Assembly: GCF_988243305.1 (NCBI RefSeq)
Contig: NZ_OZ547136.1
Length of the DNA: 64,000 nucleotides
Direction: 5' to 3' (one strand)
Shown here in pieces: positions 43,037 to 64,000 of the stretch. How positions within the stretch are numbered: the first letter of the stretch is position 1; each line of letters starts with the position of its first letter. The position numbers were made by a program, and so were the translations under genes. The notes below the pieces were generated by a model. The model was not told the DNA's origin, did no database searches, and saw only the letters and a program-made list of their open reading frames with translations.

Positions 43037-44322
43037 TTCTGCTCGCGTTCGATAGCGCGCCAGCCGATATCTTTCCGGCAGAAGCAGTCGTCCCAATGGA
43101 TATCGGTCATTAAGGCATAAGCGCGTTTCTGCGCTTCTGCCACAGTATGACCCAGCGCGGTGACGCACAGTACGCGCCCGCCGCTGGTCACTACCTGCTC
43201 GTCATCCGCCAGTTTCGTGCCCGCGTGGAACACTTTGCCGTCAGACACTTCTTCCAGCGGCAGGCCGTGGATCACATCGCCGGTGCGGTAATCGCCCGGA
43301 TATCCACCCGCAGCCATCACCACGCCGAGAGAAGCGCGTTCATCCCACTCGGACGTTTTCTCGTCAAGCGTACCTTCACAGGCTGCCAGGCAGAGCTCAA
43401 CCAGATCGGACTTCATGCGCAGCATAATCGGCTGGGTTTCCGGATCGCCAAAGCGGCAGTTAAATTCGATAACCTTCGGATTGCCCTGTTTGTCGATCAT
43501 CAGGCCCGCGTAGAGAAAACCAGTGTAGGTGTTGCCTTCCGCTGCCATACCTTTCACGGTTGGCCAGATGATACGTTCCATGGTGCGCTGATGAACCCCA
43601 TCGGTCACCACTGGCGCAGGGGAGTAAGCCCCCATCCCGCCGGTGTTCGGTCCGGTATCTTTATCACCTACGCGTTTGTGGTCCTGACTGGTGGCCATCG
43701 GCAGCACATGCTCGCCGTCCACCATCACGATAAAGCTCGCTTCTTCGCCGTCGAGGAACTCTTCGATAACAATGCGATGACCCGCATCGCCAAAAGCGTT
43801 GCCCGCCAGCATATCGTGAACAGCCGCTTCGGCTTCTTCCAGCGTCATCGCGACGATAACGCCTTTACCCGCTGCCAGACCGTCAGCTTTAATGACGATC
43901 GGCGCGCCTTTCTCACGCAGATACGCCAGCGCAGGTTCTACCTCGGTGAAGTTCTGGTATTCCGCCGTAGGGATCTGATGGCGGGCCAGGAAATCCTTGG
44001 TAAACGCTTTCGAGCCTTCCAGCTGCGCGGCACCTGCGGTTGGGCCGAAGATTTTCAGCCCGGCGGCGCGGAAGGTATCCACCACGCCTTTCACCAGCGG
44101 CGCTTCCGGGCCGACGATGGTTAGATCGATCTTTTCGTTTTGCGCGAAATCCAGCAGCGCCGGGATATCGGTTACGCCGATAGCGACGTTTTGCAGTGCA
44201 GGCTCCAGCGCAGTGCCTGCGTTACCCGGAGCAACAAAAACAGTTTCAACCAGCGGCGACTGGGCCGCTTTCCAGGCCAGCGCGTGCTCGCGCCCGCCGT
44301 TACCAATCACTAATACTTTCAT
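43033..44322 (-). CDS. purD: Phosphoribosylamine-glycine ligase PurD, 429 aa
   Basis: ORF track; recognised product. Confidence 0.9.
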   Translation of the reverse strand: MKVLVIGNGGREHALAWKAAQSPLVETVFVAPGNAGTALEPALQNVAIGVTDIPALLDFAQNEKIDLTIVGPEAPLVKGVVDTFRAAGLKIFGPTAGAAQLEGSKAFTKDFLARHQIPTAEYQNFTEVEPALAYLREKGAPIVIKADGLAAGKGVIVAMTLEEAEAAVHDMLAGNAFGDAGHRIVIEEFLDGEEASFIVMVDGEHVLPMATSQDHKRVGDKDTGPNTGGMGAYSPAPVVTDGVHQRTMERIIWPTVKGMAAEGNTYTGFLYAGLMIDKQGNPKVIEFNCRFGDPETQPIMLRMKSDLVELCLAACEGTLDEKTSEWDERASLGVVMAAGGYPGDYRTGDVIHGLPLEEVSDGKVFHAGTKLADDEQVVTSGGRVLCVTALGHTVAEAQKRAYALMTDIHWDDCFCRKDIGWRAIEREQN

Positions 44323-44333
44323 CTATTGCTCCA

Positions 44334-45923
44334 TTAATGGCGGAAGTGGCGCATGTCGGTGAAGAGCATTGCAATACCGTGCTCGTCGGCGGCGGCAATC
44401 ACTTCGTCATCACGGATAGAACCGCCAGGCTGGATTACGCAGGTCACGCCCGCAGCGGCGGCGGCATCAATACCGTCGCGGAACGGGAAGAACGCGTCAG
44501 AAGCCATCGAGGAACCTTTCACTTCCAGACCTTCATCGGCAGCTTTAATACCGGCGATTTTTGCGGAGTACACGCGGCTCATCTGGCCCGCGCCAATCCC
44601 GATGGTCATATTGTTTTTGGCATAGACGATAGCATTGGATTTCACGAACTTCGCCACTTTCCAGCAGAACAGCGCATCACGCAGTTCCTGTTCGGTCGGC
44701 TGACGTTTGGTGACGACGCGCAGTTCTTCTGCACCGACCATCCCCAGGTCTCGATCCTGAACCAGCAGACCGCCGTTCACGCGTTTGAAATCAAGGCCCG
44801 GAACACGCTCGCCCCACTGACCGCAGGTCAGGACGCGCACGTTCTGTTTGGCGGCGGTGATTTTCAGGGCTTCTTCGCTGGCGGATGGCGCAATGATCAC
44901 TTCAACAAACTGACGAGAAATGATGGCCTGTGCGGTTTCCGCATCCAGCTCGCGGTTAAAGGCAATGATGCCGCCGAATGCGGAGGTCGGGTCGGTTTTG
45001 TACGCGCGATCGTAAGCATCAAGAATGGAATGGCCGATAGCCACGCCGCAAGGGTTGGCGTGCTTCACAATCACACATGCCGGCTCGGCGAACTCTTTCA
45101 CGCACTCCAGCGCCGCATCGGTGTCGGCGATGTTGTTATAAGAGAGGGCTTTACCCTGAACCTGGGTTGCGGTAGCAACGGAGGCTTCTTTCACATTCTC
45201 TTCTATATAGAAGGCAGCCTGCTGGTGGCTGTTCTCGCCGTAACGCATATCCTGCTTCTTAATGAAGTTCAGGTTCAGCGTGCGTGGGAAGCGACCGGCG
45301 GCTTCTTTGCTTTCACCGTGGTAAGCCGGAACCATGCTGCCGAAGTAGTTGGCAATCATGCTGTCGTAGGCGGCGGTGTGTTCGAAGGCTTTGATGGCGA
45401 GGTCGAAACGGGTTGCAAGCGTCAGCGATCCTTCGTTGGCATCCATCTCTTTAATAATGGCGTCGTAGTCGCTGCTCTTCACCACGATGGCGACATCTTT
45501 ATGGTTCTTGGCGGCGGAGCGCACCATCGTTGGGCCGCCGATATCGATGTTCTCAACCGCATCTTCCAGCGAGCATCCTTCACGGGCAACGGTCTGGGCG
45601 AACGGATACAGGTTAACAACCACCATATCGATAGGCTGGATCTGGTGTTCTTCCATAATGGCATCGTCCTGGCCGCGACGGCCCAGAATGCCACCATGTA
45701 CTTTCGGATGCAGGGTCTTCACGCGTCCATCCATCATCTCCGGGAAACCGGTGTAATCGGAAACTTCGGTTACCGGCAGACCTTTTTCTGCTAACAGACG
45801 GGCTGTGCCCCCTGTAGACAGCAGCTCCACACCGCGTGCGGAAAGTGCCTGGGCGAATTCGACGATACCGGCTTTGTCAGAAACACTGAGCAGAGCGCGG
45901 CGGACTGGACGACGTTGTTGCAT
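44334..45923 (-). CDS. purH: Bifunctional AICAR transformylase / IMP cyclohydrolase PurH, 529 aa
   Basis: ORF track; recognised product. Confidence 0.9.
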   Translation of the reverse strand: MQQRRPVRRALLSVSDKAGIVEFAQALSARGVELLSTGGTARLLAEKGLPVTEVSDYTGFPEMMDGRVKTLHPKVHGGILGRRGQDDAIMEEHQIQPIDMVVVNLYPFAQTVAREGCSLEDAVENIDIGGPTMVRSAAKNHKDVAIVVKSSDYDAIIKEMDANEGSLTLATRFDLAIKAFEHTAAYDSMIANYFGSMVPAYHGESKEAAGRFPRTLNLNFIKKQDMRYGENSHQQAAFYIEENVKEASVATATQVQGKALSYNNIADTDAALECVKEFAEPACVIVKHANPCGVAIGHSILDAYDRAYKTDPTSAFGGIIAFNRELDAETAQAIISRQFVEVIIAPSASEEALKITAAKQNVRVLTCGQWGERVPGLDFKRVNGGLLVQDRDLGMVGAEELRVVTKRQPTEQELRDALFCWKVAKFVKSNAIVYAKNNMTIGIGAGQMSRVYSAKIAGIKAADEGLEVKGSSMASDAFFPFRDGIDAAAAAGVTCVIQPGGSIRDDEVIAAADEHGIAMLFTDMRHFRH

Positions 45924-46030
45924 GGTAAATCCCCTGGATTTGACTATTACAGAGAGCGTTAGCTGAATTTTTCGCGAAAAACTCAGCTAACGCCCCTAAC
46001 GGGGCATCCTTATTTTTCGTCCGCATTGTA

Positions 46031-46046
46031 ACGAAAACGTTTGCGC
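46031..46046 (-). promoter_or_regulatory. PurR operator (PUR box) of purHD
   Basis: Minus strand reads GCGCAAACGTTTTCGT, matching PUR-box consensus aCGCAAACGTTTTCnT, ~110 bp upstream of purH start. Confidence 0.65.
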
Positions 46047-46217
46047 AACGCTCGCGAATTTTTCTCTTTCAATGGTGATCACAATTTTGGCAGTGTTTAC
46101 CGTGGGAAAAATACAGAAATTACATTGATGATTGTGGATAACTCTGTGCGTAAAAAGGTATAAAGCGGGGTTTTGCTGGGGAATGCAGCAGTCAGTCATT
46201 TTTCTGCAATTTTTCTA

Positions 46218-46245
46218 TTGCGGCCTGCGGAGAACTCCCTATAAT
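46218..46245 (+). promoter_or_regulatory. rrnE P1 promoter (-35 TTGCGG, 16-bp spacer, -10 TATAAT)
   Basis: ctaTTGCGGcctgcggagaactcccTATAATgcgcc. Confidence 0.7.
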
Positions 46246-46326
46246 GCGCCTCCATCGACACGGCGGATGTGAATCACTTCACACAAACAGCCGGTTCGGT
46301 TGAAGAGAAAAATCCTGAAATTCAGG

Positions 46327-46354
46327 GTTGACTCTGAAAGAGGAAAGCGTAGTA
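46327..46354 (+). promoter_or_regulatory. rrnE P2 promoter (-35 TTGACT, 16-bp spacer, -10 TAGTAT)
   Basis: ggTTGACTctgaaagaggaaagcgTAGTATacgcc. Confidence 0.6.
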
Positions 46355-46539
46355 TACGCCACCTCGCGACAGTGAGCTGAAAGCCGCGTCGCAACTGCTC
46401 TTTAACAATTTATCAGACAATCTGTGTGGGCACTCGAAGATACGGATTCTTGACGTCGCAAGACGAAAAATGAATACCAAGTCTCAAGAGTGAACACGTA
46501 ATTCATTACGAAGTTTAATTCTTTGAGCATCAAACTTTT

Positions 46540-48081
<1,542 letters not shown>

Positions 48082-48166
48082 CCTTAAAGAAGCGTTCTTT
48101 GAAGTGCTCACACAGATTGTCTGATAGAAAGTGAAAAGCAAGGCGTCTTGCGAAGCAGACTGACAC

Positions 48167-48242
48167 GTCCCCTTCGTCTAGAGGCCCAGGACACCGCCCT
48201 TTCACGGCGGTAACAGGGGTTCGAATCCCCTAGGGGACGCCA
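48167..48242 (+). tRNA. gltV: tRNA-Glu (anticodon UUC) in 16S-23S spacer
   Basis: Identical 76-nt sequence to gltT. Confidence 0.95.
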
Positions 48243-48435
48243 CTTGCTGGTTTGTGAGTGAAAGTCACCTGCCTTAATATCTCAAAACTCATCTTCGGGT
48301 GATGTTTGAGATATTTGCTCTTTAAAAATCTGGATCAAGCTGAAAATTGAAACACTGAACAACGAAAGTTGTTCGTGAGTCTCTCAAATTTTCGCAACAC
48401 GATGATGAATCGAAAGAAACATCTTCGGGTTGTGA

Positions 48436-51339
<2,904 letters not shown>

Positions 51340-51431
51340 ACAACGCCGAAGCTGTTTTGGCGGATGAGAGAAGATTTTCAGCCTGATACAGATTAAATCA
51401 GAACGCAGAAGCGGTCTGATGAAACAGAATT

Positions 51432-51551
51432 TGCCTGGCGGCCGTAGCGCGGTGGTCCCACCTGACCCCATGCCGAACTCAGAAGTGAAACGCCGTAGCG
51501 CCGATGGTAGTGTGGGGTCTCCCCATGCGAGAGTAGGGAACTGCCAGGCAT
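51432..51551 (+). rRNA. rrfE: 5S ribosomal RNA (rrnE operon)
   Basis: TGCCTGGCGGCC...GGGAACTGCCAGGCAT, 120 nt. Confidence 0.95.
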
Positions 51552-51565
51552 CAAATTAAGCGAAA

Positions 51566-51591
51566 GGCCATCCGTCAGGATGGCCTTTTTG
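51566..51591 (+). terminator. rrnE intrinsic terminator
   Basis: GGCCATCC-gtca-GGATGGCC followed by TTTTTGCG. Confidence 0.75.
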
Positions 51592-51607
51592 CGTTGGTGA
51601 AAAAAAT

Positions 51608-51643
51608 GCCGGGTGCGACGCTGGCGCGTCTTCTCCAGCCTGG
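51608..51643. repeat. REP-like (repetitive extragenic palindrome) sequence
   Basis: GCCGGGTGCGACGCTGGCGCGTCTTCTCCAGCCTGG resembles the E. coli REP family (GCCKGATGCGRCG...RCGYCTTATCMGGCCTAC) with mismatches. Confidence 0.45.
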
Positions 51644-51663
51644 GCAGGCACGGCAGGGGCAGC

Positions 51664-52107
51664 TTATTCCCCCACATACGCCAGATTCAGCAACGGATAC
51701 GGTTTCCCCAAATCGTCCACCTCAGAGCGTCCCGTAACCTTAAAACCCATCTTCTTATAGAACCCAACAGCCTGCTTATTTTGCTCATTAACATTGGTTG
51801 TCAGTTCCGGTGCCATCGAGAGCGCATGTTCCACCAGCATCCGACCCACGCCGCAGCCGCGCACATCAGGATCGATAAACAGCGCATCCATATGCTGCCC
51901 ACTTAACAACATAAACCCAACCGGCCGATCCCGCTCATTAACCGCGACCCACAACGGCGCTTCCGGCAGGAAGGAACGAACTAGCTCCTCCAGCTCGGCC
52001 CGATACTCTGCTGATAAAAAATCGTGAGTGGCATCGACAGAACGACACCAAATCGCAACCAGTTCCTCCCCTTCCTCATGCCGTGAGCGGCGAATACTAA
52101 TAACCAT
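51664..52107 (-). CDS. yjaB: GNAT-family N-acetyltransferase YjaB, 147 aa
   Basis: ORF track; acetyl-CoA binding region RGCGVGRMLVEHAL. Confidence 0.85.
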   Translation of the reverse strand: MVISIRRSRHEEGEELVAIWCRSVDATHDFLSAEYRAELEELVRSFLPEAPLWVAVNERDRPVGFMLLSGQHMDALFIDPDVRGCGVGRMLVEHALSMAPELTTNVNEQNKQAVGFYKKMGFKVTGRSEVDDLGKPYPLLNLAYVGE

Positions 52108-52212
52108 TTTCTCTCCTTTTAGTCATTCTTATATTCTAACGTAGTCTTTTCCTTGAAACTTTCTCACCTTCAACATGCAGGCTCGACATTGGCAAATTTT
52201 CTGGTTATCTTC

Positions 52213-52244
52213 AGCTATCTGGATGTCTAAACGTATAAGCGTAT
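52213..52244 (+). promoter_or_regulatory. MetJ operator (tandem met boxes) in metA promoter
   Basis: Tandem 8-bp repeats AGCTATCT GGATGTCT AAACGTAT AAGCGTAT resembling met-box consensus AGACGTCT. Confidence 0.55.
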
Positions 52245-52263
52245 GTAGTGAGGTAATCAGGTT

Positions 52264-53193
52264 ATGCCGATTCGTGTGCCGGACGAGCTACCCGCCGTCA
52301 ATTTCTTGCGTGAAGAAAACGTTTTTGTGATGACAACTTCTCGTGCGTCTGGTCAGGAAATTCGTCCACTTAAGGTTCTGATCCTTAACTTGATGCCGAA
52401 GAAGATTGAAACTGAAAATCAGTTTCTGCGCCTGCTTTCAAACTCACCTTTGCAGGTCGATATTCAGCTGTTGCGCATCGATTCCCGCGAATCGCGCAAC
52501 ACGCCCGCAGAGCATCTGAACAATTTCTACTGTAACTTTGAAGATATTCAGGAACAAAACTTTGACGGTCTGATAGTTACCGGCGCGCCGCTGGGCCTGG
52601 TGGAGTTTAATGATGTCGCTTACTGGCCGCAGATCAAACAGGTGCTGGAGTGGTCGAAAGATCACGTCACCTCGACGCTGTTTGTCTGCTGGGCGGTACA
52701 GGCCGCGCTAAATATCCTCTACGGCATTCCTAAGCAAACTCGCACCGACAAACTCTCTGGCGTTTACGAGCATCATATTCTCCATCCTCATGCGCTTCTG
52801 ACGCGTGGCTTTGATGATTCATTCCTGGCACCACATTCGCGCTATGCTGACTTTCCGGCAGCGTTGATTCGTGATTACACCGATCTGGAAATTCTGGCAG
52901 AGACGGAAGAAGGGGATGCATATCTGTTTGCCAGCAAAGATAAGCGAATTGCCTTTGTGACGGGCCATCCCGAATATGATGCGCAAACGCTGGCGCAGGA
53001 ATATTTCCGCGATGTGGAAGCCGGACTAGACCCGGAAGTACCGTATAACTATTTCCCGCACAATGATCCGCAAAACAAACCGCGAGCGAGCTGGCGTAGT
53101 CACGGTAATTTGCTGTTTACCAACTGGCTCAACTATTACGTCTACCAGATCACGCCATATGATCTACGGCACATGAATCCAACGCTGGATTAA
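52264..53193 (+). CDS. metA: Homoserine O-succinyltransferase MetA, 309 aa
   Basis: ORF track; [28 protein letters not shown]... Confidence 0.9.
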   Translation: MPIRVPDELPAVNFLREENVFVMTTSRASGQEIRPLKVLILNLMPKKIETENQFLRLLSNSPLQVDIQLLRIDSRESRNTPAEHLNNFYCNFEDIQEQNFDGLIVTGAPLGLVEFNDVAYWPQIKQVLEWSKDHVTSTLFVCWAVQAALNILYGIPKQTRTDKLSGVYEHHILHPHALLTRGFDDSFLAPHSRYADFPAALIRDYTDLEILAETEEGDAYLFASKDKRIAFVTGHPEYDAQTLAQEYFRDVEAGLDPEVPYNYFPHNDPQNKPRASWRSHGNLLFTNWLNYYVYQITPYDLRHMNPTLD

Positions 53194-53336
53194 TCTTCTG
53201 TGATAGTCGATCGTTAAGCGATTCAGCACCTTACCTCAGGCACCTTCGGGTGCCTTTTTTATTTCCGAAACGCACCTCAGCAGGTGAATAAATTTTATTC
53301 ATATTGTTATCAATAAGTTACCAAGTATTTTTAATT

Positions 53337-53378
53337 AAAATGGAAATTGTTTTTGATTTTGCATTTTAAATGAGTAGT
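53337..53378 (+). promoter_or_regulatory. aceBAK promoter region with IclR operator
   Basis: AAATGGAAATTGTTTTTGATTTTGCATTTTAAATGAG, AT-rich palindromic TGGAAAT-type IclR box upstream of aceB. Confidence 0.5.
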
Positions 53379-53461
53379 CTTAGTTGTGCTGAACGAAAAG
53401 CGCACAACGATCCTTCGTTCACAGTGGGGAAGTTTTCGGATCCATGACGAGGAGCTGCACG

Positions 53462-55063
53462 ATGACTGAACAGGCAACAACAACCGATGAATTGGCTTTC
53501 ACAAGGCCGTATGGCGAGCAGGAGAAGCATATTCTTACTGCCGAAGCGGTAGAATTTCTGACTGAGCTGGTGACGCATTTTACGCCACAACGCAATAAAC
53601 TTCTGGCAGCGCGCATTCAGCAGCAGCAGGATATCGATAACGGAACGTTGCCTGATTTTATTTCGGAAACAGCTTCCATTCGTGATGCTGACTGGAAAAT
53701 TCGCGGGATTCCTGCGGACTTAGAAGATCGTCGGGTAGAGATTACCGGCCCGGTTGAGCGCAAGATGGTGATCAACGCGCTCAACGCCAATGTGAAAGTC
53801 TTTATGGCCGATTTCGAAGATTCACTGGCACCAGACTGGAACAAAGTGATCGACGGGCAAATTAACCTGCGCGATGCGGTTAACGGCACCATCAGCTATA
53901 CCAATGAAGCAGGCAAAATTTATCAGCTCAAGCCCAATCCAGCGGTGTTGATTTGTCGGGTACGCGGTCTGCACTTGCCGGAAAAACATGTCACCTGGCG
54001 CGGCGAAGCAATTCCTGGCAGCCTGTTTGATTTTGCGCTCTATTTCTTCCACAACTACCAGGCTCTGTTAGCAAAAGGCAGCGGTCCCTATTTCTATCTG
54101 CCGAAAACCCAGTCCTGGCAGGAAGCGGCCTGGTGGAGCGAAGTCTTCAGCTATGCAGAAGATCGCTTTAATCTGCCGCGCGGCACCATCAAGGCGACGT
54201 TGCTGATTGAAACGCTGCCCGCCGTGTTCCAGATGGATGAAATCCTTCACGCGCTGCGTGACCATATTGTTGGTCTGAACTGCGGTCGTTGGGATTACAT
54301 CTTCAGCTATATCAAAACGTTGAAAAACTATCCCGATCGCGTCCTGCCAGACAGACAGGCAGTGACGATGGATAAACCGTTCCTTAATGCCTACTCACGC
54401 CTGCTGATTAAAACCTGCCATAAACGCGGTGCTTTTGCTATGGGCGGCATGGCAGCGTTTATTCCGAGCAAAGATGAAGACCGTAATAACCAGGTGCTCA
54501 ACAAAGTAAAAGCGGATAAAGCGCTGGAAGCCAATAACGGTCACGATGGCACATGGATCGCTCACCCAGGCCTTGCGGATACGGCAATGGCGGTATTCAA
54601 CGACATTCTCGGCTCCCGTAAAAATCAGCTTGAAGTGATGCGCGAACAAGACGCGCCGATTACTGCCGATCAGCTGCTGGCACCTTGTGATGGTGAACGC
54701 ACCGAAGAAGGTATGCGCGCCAACATTCGCGTGGCTGTGCAGTACATCGAAGCATGGATCTCCGGCAACGGCTGCGTGCCGATTTATGGCCTGATGGAAG
54801 ATGCGGCGACGGCTGAAATTTCCCGTACCTCGATCTGGCAGTGGATCCATCATCAAAAAACGTTGAGCAATGGCAAACCGGTGACCAAAGCCTTGTTCCG
54901 CCAGATGCTGGGCGAAGAGATGAAAGTCATTGCCAGCGAACTGGGCGAAGAACGTTTCTCCCAGGGGCGTTTTGACGATGCCGCACGCTTGATGGAACAG
55001 ATTACCACTTCCGATGAGTTAATAGATTTCCTGACCCTGCCAGGCTACCGCCTGTTAGCGTAA
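53462..55063 (+). CDS. aceB: Malate synthase A, 533 aa
   Basis: ORF track 53444..55063 trimmed to [22 protein letters not shown]... Confidence 0.9.
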   Translation: MTEQATTTDELAFTRPYGEQEKHILTAEAVEFLTELVTHFTPQRNKLLAARIQQQQDIDNGTLPDFISETASIRDADWKIRGIPADLEDRRVEITGPVERKMVINALNANVKVFMADFEDSLAPDWNKVIDGQINLRDAVNGTISYTNEAGKIYQLKPNPAVLICRVRGLHLPEKHVTWRGEAIPGSLFDFALYFFHNYQALLAKGSGPYFYLPKTQSWQEAAWWSEVFSYAEDRFNLPRGTIKATLLIETLPAVFQMDEILHALRDHIVGLNCGRWDYIFSYIKTLKNYPDRVLPDRQAVTMDKPFLNAYSRLLIKTCHKRGAFAMGGMAAFIPSKDEDRNNQVLNKVKADKALEANNGHDGTWIAHPGLADTAMAVFNDILGSRKNQLEVMREQDAPITADQLLAPCDGERTEEGMRANIRVAVQYIEAWISGNGCVPIYGLMEDAATAEISRTSIWQWIHHQKTLSNGKPVTKALFRQMLGEEMKVIASELGEERFSQGRFDDAARLMEQITTSDELIDFLTLPGYRLLA

Positions 55064-55092
55064 ACCACCACATAACTATGGAGCATCTGCAC

Positions 55093-56397
55093 ATGAAAAC
55101 CCGTACACAACAAATTGAAGAATTACAGAAAGAGTGGACTCAACCGCGTTGGGAAGGCATTACTCGCCCGTACAGCGCGGAAGATGTGGTGAAATTACGC
55201 GGTTCAGTCAATCCTGAATGCACGCTGGCGCAACTGGGCGCGGCGAAAATGTGGCGTCTGCTGCACGGCGAGTCGAAAAAAGGCTACATCAACAGCCTCG
55301 GTGCACTGACTGGCGGTCAGGCGCTGCAACAGGCGAAAGCGGGTATTGAAGCAGTCTATCTGTCGGGATGGCAGGTAGCGGCGGACGCTAACCTGGCGGC
55401 CAGCATGTATCCGGATCAGTCGCTCTATCCGGCAAACTCGGTGCCAGCGGTGGTGGAGCGGATCAACAATACCTTCCGCCGTGCGGATCAGATCCAATGG
55501 TCCGCGGGCATTGAGCCGGGCGATCCGCGCTATGTCGATTACTTCCTGCCGATCGTTGCTGATGCGGAAGCCGGTTTTGGCGGTGTCCTGAATGCCTTTG
55601 AACTGATGAAAGCGATGATTGAAGCCGGTGCAGCGGCAGTTCACTTCGAAGATCAGCTGGCATCAGTGAAGAAATGTGGTCACATGGGCGGCAAAGTGCT
55701 GGTGCCAACTCAGGAAGCTATTCAGAAACTGGTCGCGGCGCGTCTGGCAGCTGACGTGACGGGCGTTCCAACCCTGCTGGTTGCTCGAACCGATGCCGAT
55801 GCGGCGGATCTGATTACCTCCGATTGCGACCCGTATGACAGCGAATTTATTACCGGCGAGCGTACCAGCGAAGGCTTCTTCCGTACTCATGCGGGCATTG
55901 AGCAAGCGATCAGCCGTGGCCTGGCGTATGCGCCATATGCTGACCTGGTATGGTGTGAAACCTCCACGCCAGACCTGGAACTGGCGCATCGCTTTGCACA
56001 AGCCATCCACGCGAAATATCCGGGCAAACTGCTGGCTTATAACTGCTCGCCGTCGTTCAACTGGCAGAAAAACCTCGACGACAAAACTATTGCCAGCTTC
56101 CAGCAGCAGCTGTCGGATATGGGCTACAAGTTCCAGTTCATCACCCTGGCAGGCATCCACAGCATGTGGTTCAACATGTTCGACCTGGCAAACGCCTATG
56201 CCCAGGGCGAAGGTATGAAGCACTATGTTGAGAAAGTGCAGCAACCGGAATTCGCCGCCGCGAAAGATGGTTACACCTTCGTTTCTCACCAGCAGGAAGT
56301 GGGTACAGGTTATTTCGATAAAGTGACGACCATTATTCAGGGCGGTACGTCTTCAGTCACCGCGCTGACCGGCTCCACCGAAGAATCGCAGTTCTAA
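55093..56397 (+). CDS. aceA: Isocitrate lyase, 434 aa
   Basis: ORF track 55078..56397 trimmed to [15 protein letters not shown]...; catalytic KKCGHMGGK motif. Confidence 0.9.
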   Translation: MKTRTQQIEELQKEWTQPRWEGITRPYSAEDVVKLRGSVNPECTLAQLGAAKMWRLLHGESKKGYINSLGALTGGQALQQAKAGIEAVYLSGWQVAADANLAASMYPDQSLYPANSVPAVVERINNTFRRADQIQWSAGIEPGDPRYVDYFLPIVADAEAGFGGVLNAFELMKAMIEAGAAAVHFEDQLASVKKCGHMGGKVLVPTQEAIQKLVAARLAADVTGVPTLLVARTDADAADLITSDCDPYDSEFITGERTSEGFFRTHAGIEQAISRGLAYAPYADLVWCETSTPDLELAHRFAQAIHAKYPGKLLAYNCSPSFNWQKNLDDKTIASFQQQLSDMGYKFQFITLAGIHSMWFNMFDLANAYAQGEGMKHYVEKVQQPEFAAAKDGYTFVSHQQEVGTGYFDKVTTIIQGGTSSVTALTGSTEESQF

Positions 56398-56436
56398 CAA
56401 CCAACGCCCCTTTCCGTAAGGCGAGGGGCGAATTAA

Positions 56437-60337
<3,901 letters not shown>

Positions 60338-60653
60338 TTAAATATCTCATTGTTTATTGATGTCTTGAATTTTAACTATCAGAACAGTGAAAAAATTTAA
60401 TATGATTACAAGTAAAGAAATATCATAAATCGCTCAATCTCATAATGCAGCCGTAAAAGTTTCGGTGGAATGAGATCTTGCGATTTTGTTAATAATTAAG
60501 TGGTTTGATGTTTAAAAATAATACTGAGTTAATAAAAGTGTGTGAAGTGTATGACATTAAGTTATTTTGGCGTCAATGCGATTAACAGACACCCTTATTC
60601 TATTGCCACTCAGGTATGATGGGCAGAATATTGCCTCTGCCCGCCAGAAAAAG

Positions 60654-61478
60654 TCAGCGCATTCCACCGTACGCCAGCGTCACTTCCTTCGCCGCTTTAA
60701 TCACCATCGCGCCAAACTCGGTCACACGGTCATCGGTAATACGTGAAATCGGTCCGGAAATAGAAATTGCGGCAAACGGTTCACGGTGCTCATCGAAAAT
60801 ACACGCTGCAAGGCAACGTAGCCCCAGCGCATGTTCCTCATCGTCAAATGAATAACCCCGTTTGCGCGTTTGGGCGAGATCTTCTTTTAAATGCACAGGA
60901 GACACCAGCGTCGCGTGGGTATAGGCATGTAAGCCTTTGCGATGCAGTAACTTCGTCACCTGCTCTTCACTTAATTGGGCTAAAAAGGCTTTACCCGCAC
61001 CGGAAGCGTGCATCGGTAATTTACCGCCGATAGGCGCGGACATTCGCATCAGGTGGGTACACTGTACCTGGTCGATAATAATCGCTTCATGATCGCTTTG
61101 ATCAAGCACCGCCATATTGACCGTTTCGCCAGACTCTTCCATTAGATTGCGCAGGATAGGGTGAACAATTGCTAACAAATTACGGCTCTGGAGAAAGCTG
61201 CTGCCGACCATAAAGGCATGTGCGCCGATTGCCCAGTGTCCCAGTTCGCCAACCTGACGCACGAAACCCTGCTGTTGCATCGTGGTTAGCAGGCGGTGGG
61301 TCGTGGAATTGGGTAACCCGGCTTGTTGCGCCAGCTCCGTGAGTGCCACACTGCCATTGGATTCGGCAATCCACTCCAGTAATTTCAGGCCACGCGTTAA
61401 AGACTGAACCTGTCCAGTCGCTGGTGCGGTGGCAACGGCGGGTTTTCTGCCGCGTTTCGCGGGAATGGGTGCGACCAT
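60654..61478 (-). CDS. iclR: IclR transcriptional repressor of aceBAK, 274 aa
   Basis: ORF track 60654..61517 trimmed to MVAPIPAKRGRKPAVATAPATGQVQSLTRGLKLLEWIAES... Confidence 0.9.
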   Translation of the reverse strand: MVAPIPAKRGRKPAVATAPATGQVQSLTRGLKLLEWIAESNGSVALTELAQQAGLPNSTTHRLLTTMQQQGFVRQVGELGHWAIGAHAFMVGSSFLQSRNLLAIVHPILRNLMEESGETVNMAVLDQSDHEAIIIDQVQCTHLMRMSAPIGGKLPMHASGAGKAFLAQLSEEQVTKLLHRKGLHAYTHATLVSPVHLKEDLAQTRKRGYSFDDEEHALGLRCLAACIFDEHREPFAAISISGPISRITDDRVTEFGAMVIKAAKEVTLAYGGMR

Positions 61479-61677
61479 GACAGTCTCCTTTTTCTGTATC
61501 GTGGAAATCATTTTCATTTTTATTGTTAGCTAATGCAATAGTTGCTGAACTGATCCGATGAGTTAATGTTGAACAAATCTCATGTTGCGTGGTGGTCGCT
61601 TTTACCACAGATGCGTTTATGCCAGTATGGTTTGTTGAATTTTTATTAAATCTGGGTTGAGCGTGTCGGGAGCAAGT

Positions 61678-64000
<2,323 letters not shown>

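Overview
This window is contiguous Escherichia coli (or Shigella) core chromosome, gene-for-gene syntenic with the K-12 fabR-to-metH region. Order: fabR (3' end), yijD, trmA(-), cobalamin riboswitch + btuB, murI, rrnB operon (rrsB-gltT-rrlB-rrfB), murB, birA, coaA(-), thrU-tyrU-glyT-thrT-tufB, secE-nusG, rplKAJL, rpoBC, yjaZ, thiCEFSGH(-) with TPP riboswitch, rsd(-), nudC, hemE, nfi, yjaG, hupA, yjaH, zraP(-), zraSR, purHD(-), rrnE operon (rrsE-gltV-rrlE-rrfE), yjaB(-), metA, aceBAK, arpA(-), iclR(-), metH (5' part). I found no prophage, IS element, integron, CRISPR array, toxin-antitoxin pair or defence-island signature, and no evidence of a novel multi-gene system; every ORF of meaningful length is accounted for by well-known genes. 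The points worth a second look are strain-specific departures from K-12, judged against my recalled K-12 reference and needing alignment to confirm: (1) btuB has K-12-like 5' and 3' ends but a strongly divergent ~1.6 kb interior; (2) a 142-bp MITE-like element with 17-bp terminal inverted repeats and 5-bp direct repeats sits between hemE and nfi; (3) yjaA is absent between rrfE and yjaB; (4) the aceA-aceK spacer is only 48 bp; (5) rrnB ends in a single terminator hairpin. Manually counted RNA and site coordinates may be off by 1-2 nt; CDS coordinates follow the ORF track, with starts trimmed where the track ORF begins upstream of the start I recall for the K-12 protein.
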